Below, one piece after another: positions 62,640-64,000 of a stretch of 64,000 bases of DNA. Source of the stretch: Lytechinus pictus. Lineage: Eukaryota. The position numbers and the translations under genes were made by a program. The number at the start of each line of letters is the position of its first letter. Position 1 is the stretch's first letter. The DNA lies in the NCBI RefSeq assembly GCF_037042905.1, contig NC_087245.1, positions 26,476,001 through 26,540,000 on the forward strand. The letters are read 5' to 3'. Under the pieces are notes generated by a model that worked only from the letters and a program-made list of their open reading frames with translations, did no database searches and had not been told where the DNA came from.

Positions 62640-63252
62640 TGCATCCAACCAATTGCTTTCAGAACAAAGTCAATTAGTTATAAACGCCTAGTAAATCAAA
62701 TGGTTTTTGTAACATTCCTGGTAGACCAAATGGCTGGCTGTGGACCAAATGCCTACTTAGACCAATTAGTTACGGACCAAACGCCTAGTAGATCAAATGT
62801 TTTTTGTTACATTCTGGTAGACCAAATGCCTACTTAGACCAATTAGTAACGGACCAAATGCCTAGTAGACCAAATGGTTTTTGTAACATTCCTCGTAGAC
62901 CAAATGGTTGTGGACCAAATGAAATGACTACTTAGACCAAATGGTTGTAGACCAGACGCCTAGAAGACCAAATGATTGTGGACCAAACGCATAGTAGACC
63001 AAATAGTTTTTTTTGTATCAATGCCTAGTAGACCGAATGGTCGTGGACTAAACGCCTAGTAGACCAGTGGTTTTGTAACAACGTCTAGTAGACCAAATAC
63101 CTAATAGACCAAATGGTTGTGGACCAAACGCCTATTAGACCAAATGGTTTTGTAACAAATGCCTAGTAGACCAAATGGTTATGGACCAAACGGTCAGTAG
63201 ACCAAATGGTTTTGGACAAAATGGATAGTAAACCAAGTGGTTGTAGACCATG
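62640..63252. repeat. Degenerate short-period TAGACCAAATGG/GGACCAAACGCC tandem array (probable nested MITE)
   Basis: About 25 GACCAAA motifs spaced ~17-28 bp. Confidence 0.8.
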
Positions 63253-64000
63253 AAGTTGAGAGTCCTGCGCAGCCTGTCCAATATTATAATAGTTTACCAA
63301 CCGTGCAGATATACCTTTCTGCCTGGTTAAATTAACACAATTTCCCTCTGTAACAGGGTGTATCTGCAGATAGACCCCGATTGCCTGATAAAATAAACAT
63401 ATTATCTGCCATCATTTAATCTGGCAAAAAGGTCTATGTGCAGATAGACCCTTTTGCCAGATTACAGCCAATTTTTATAGGGTCTATGTGCAGATAGACC
63501 CTTTTGCCAGATAAATATCACTGTCTTCGCTCCCGAGATTAATCTGGCAAAAGGGTCTATCTGCATTAAATTGGATCTTACAAGAAAAGTAAAGGGATTA
63601 AAATAATAAAAAGGGACTAAAAATAATTTTTCAAAGATAAACTAAGTGATAGAATAGAGTCCACCAGCTAAAATTAACTCTCAAGTATTCTACAAGTAAA
63701 TTAAATGCTCAAACTTCAAAGCTGATTTTCTCAGAAAGTTTTTCGAGGGCGAATGTGCAGATAGACCCTTTTGCCAGATTAGGGCCGTGAAGTGACCAAC
63801 ACTTTGAAGGTCCAACCAGCATGCTGAACGATCGCTACAAATGTTCATGTATGGCTTTCTGAACCATGATTAATTTTAGACAAAAATAGTGCTACATGTA
63901 GAAGAAAATCTCTATACCGGTAATTACAAAAATACAGGCTTTGCATAACAGAGCACATGTAAGGTTTGATGTCTGACTCGAACACTTGACAGTTTTCTTC

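Larger units (their letters stand above)
59712..63789. mobile_element. 4.1-kb composite non-autonomous TIR element (CMC/CACTA-like subterminal repeats)
   Basis: ~33-bp TIR ACGGCCCTAATCTGGCAAAAGGGTCTATCTGCA mirrored at 63756-63788. The same motif is repeated in both orientations at 59880-60030 and 63360-63565. No coding capacity recognised. Confidence 0.8.

Noticed and set aside
62640..63252. GACCAAA repeats with variable linkers resembling CRISPR
   Set aside because: Linkers are short and themselves repetitive; typical degenerate MITE-internal array.

Overview
AT-rich, intron-rich animal genomic DNA; the repeat families and gene sequences suggest a marine deuterostome, most likely a sea urchin (inference, not verified by search). 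Three host genes can be assembled by hand with canonical GT-AG junctions and consistent phases: (1) the last two coding exons of mitochondrial ribosomal protein L53 (MRPL53, + strand; exon 1 apparently upstream of the window); (2) a complete 11-exon, 430-aa M14A metallocarboxypeptidase (- strand, 28205->8105) with A-type pocket residues; (3) an ERICH3/DUF4590 homologue (- strand, ~58.5k->34667) whose Glu-rich region can splice in frame to a C-terminal RNI-like LRR domain, with a probable alternative basic terminal exon. The most striking structure is a 3.1-kb fold-back Tc1 element (340-3433). It has two ~1.27-kb, ~99% identical inverted arms, an intact DD34E transposase on one arm and a crippled copy on the other, and a single TA target-site duplication. 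It is nested in a Helentron-type (HINE/DINE-1-like) element in what is probably MRPL53 intron 1, so it could be a constitutive source of long hairpin RNA against its own family. The rest of the window holds many non-autonomous DNA transposons (hAT with 8-bp TSDs, TTAA Kolobok/T2-like, mariner-like), a Rex1/Babar RT fragment, SINE pieces, a 73-bp minisatellite with higher-order structure and a 4.1-kb composite TIR element. Family assignments come from recalled motifs and manual alignment; no database search was run.
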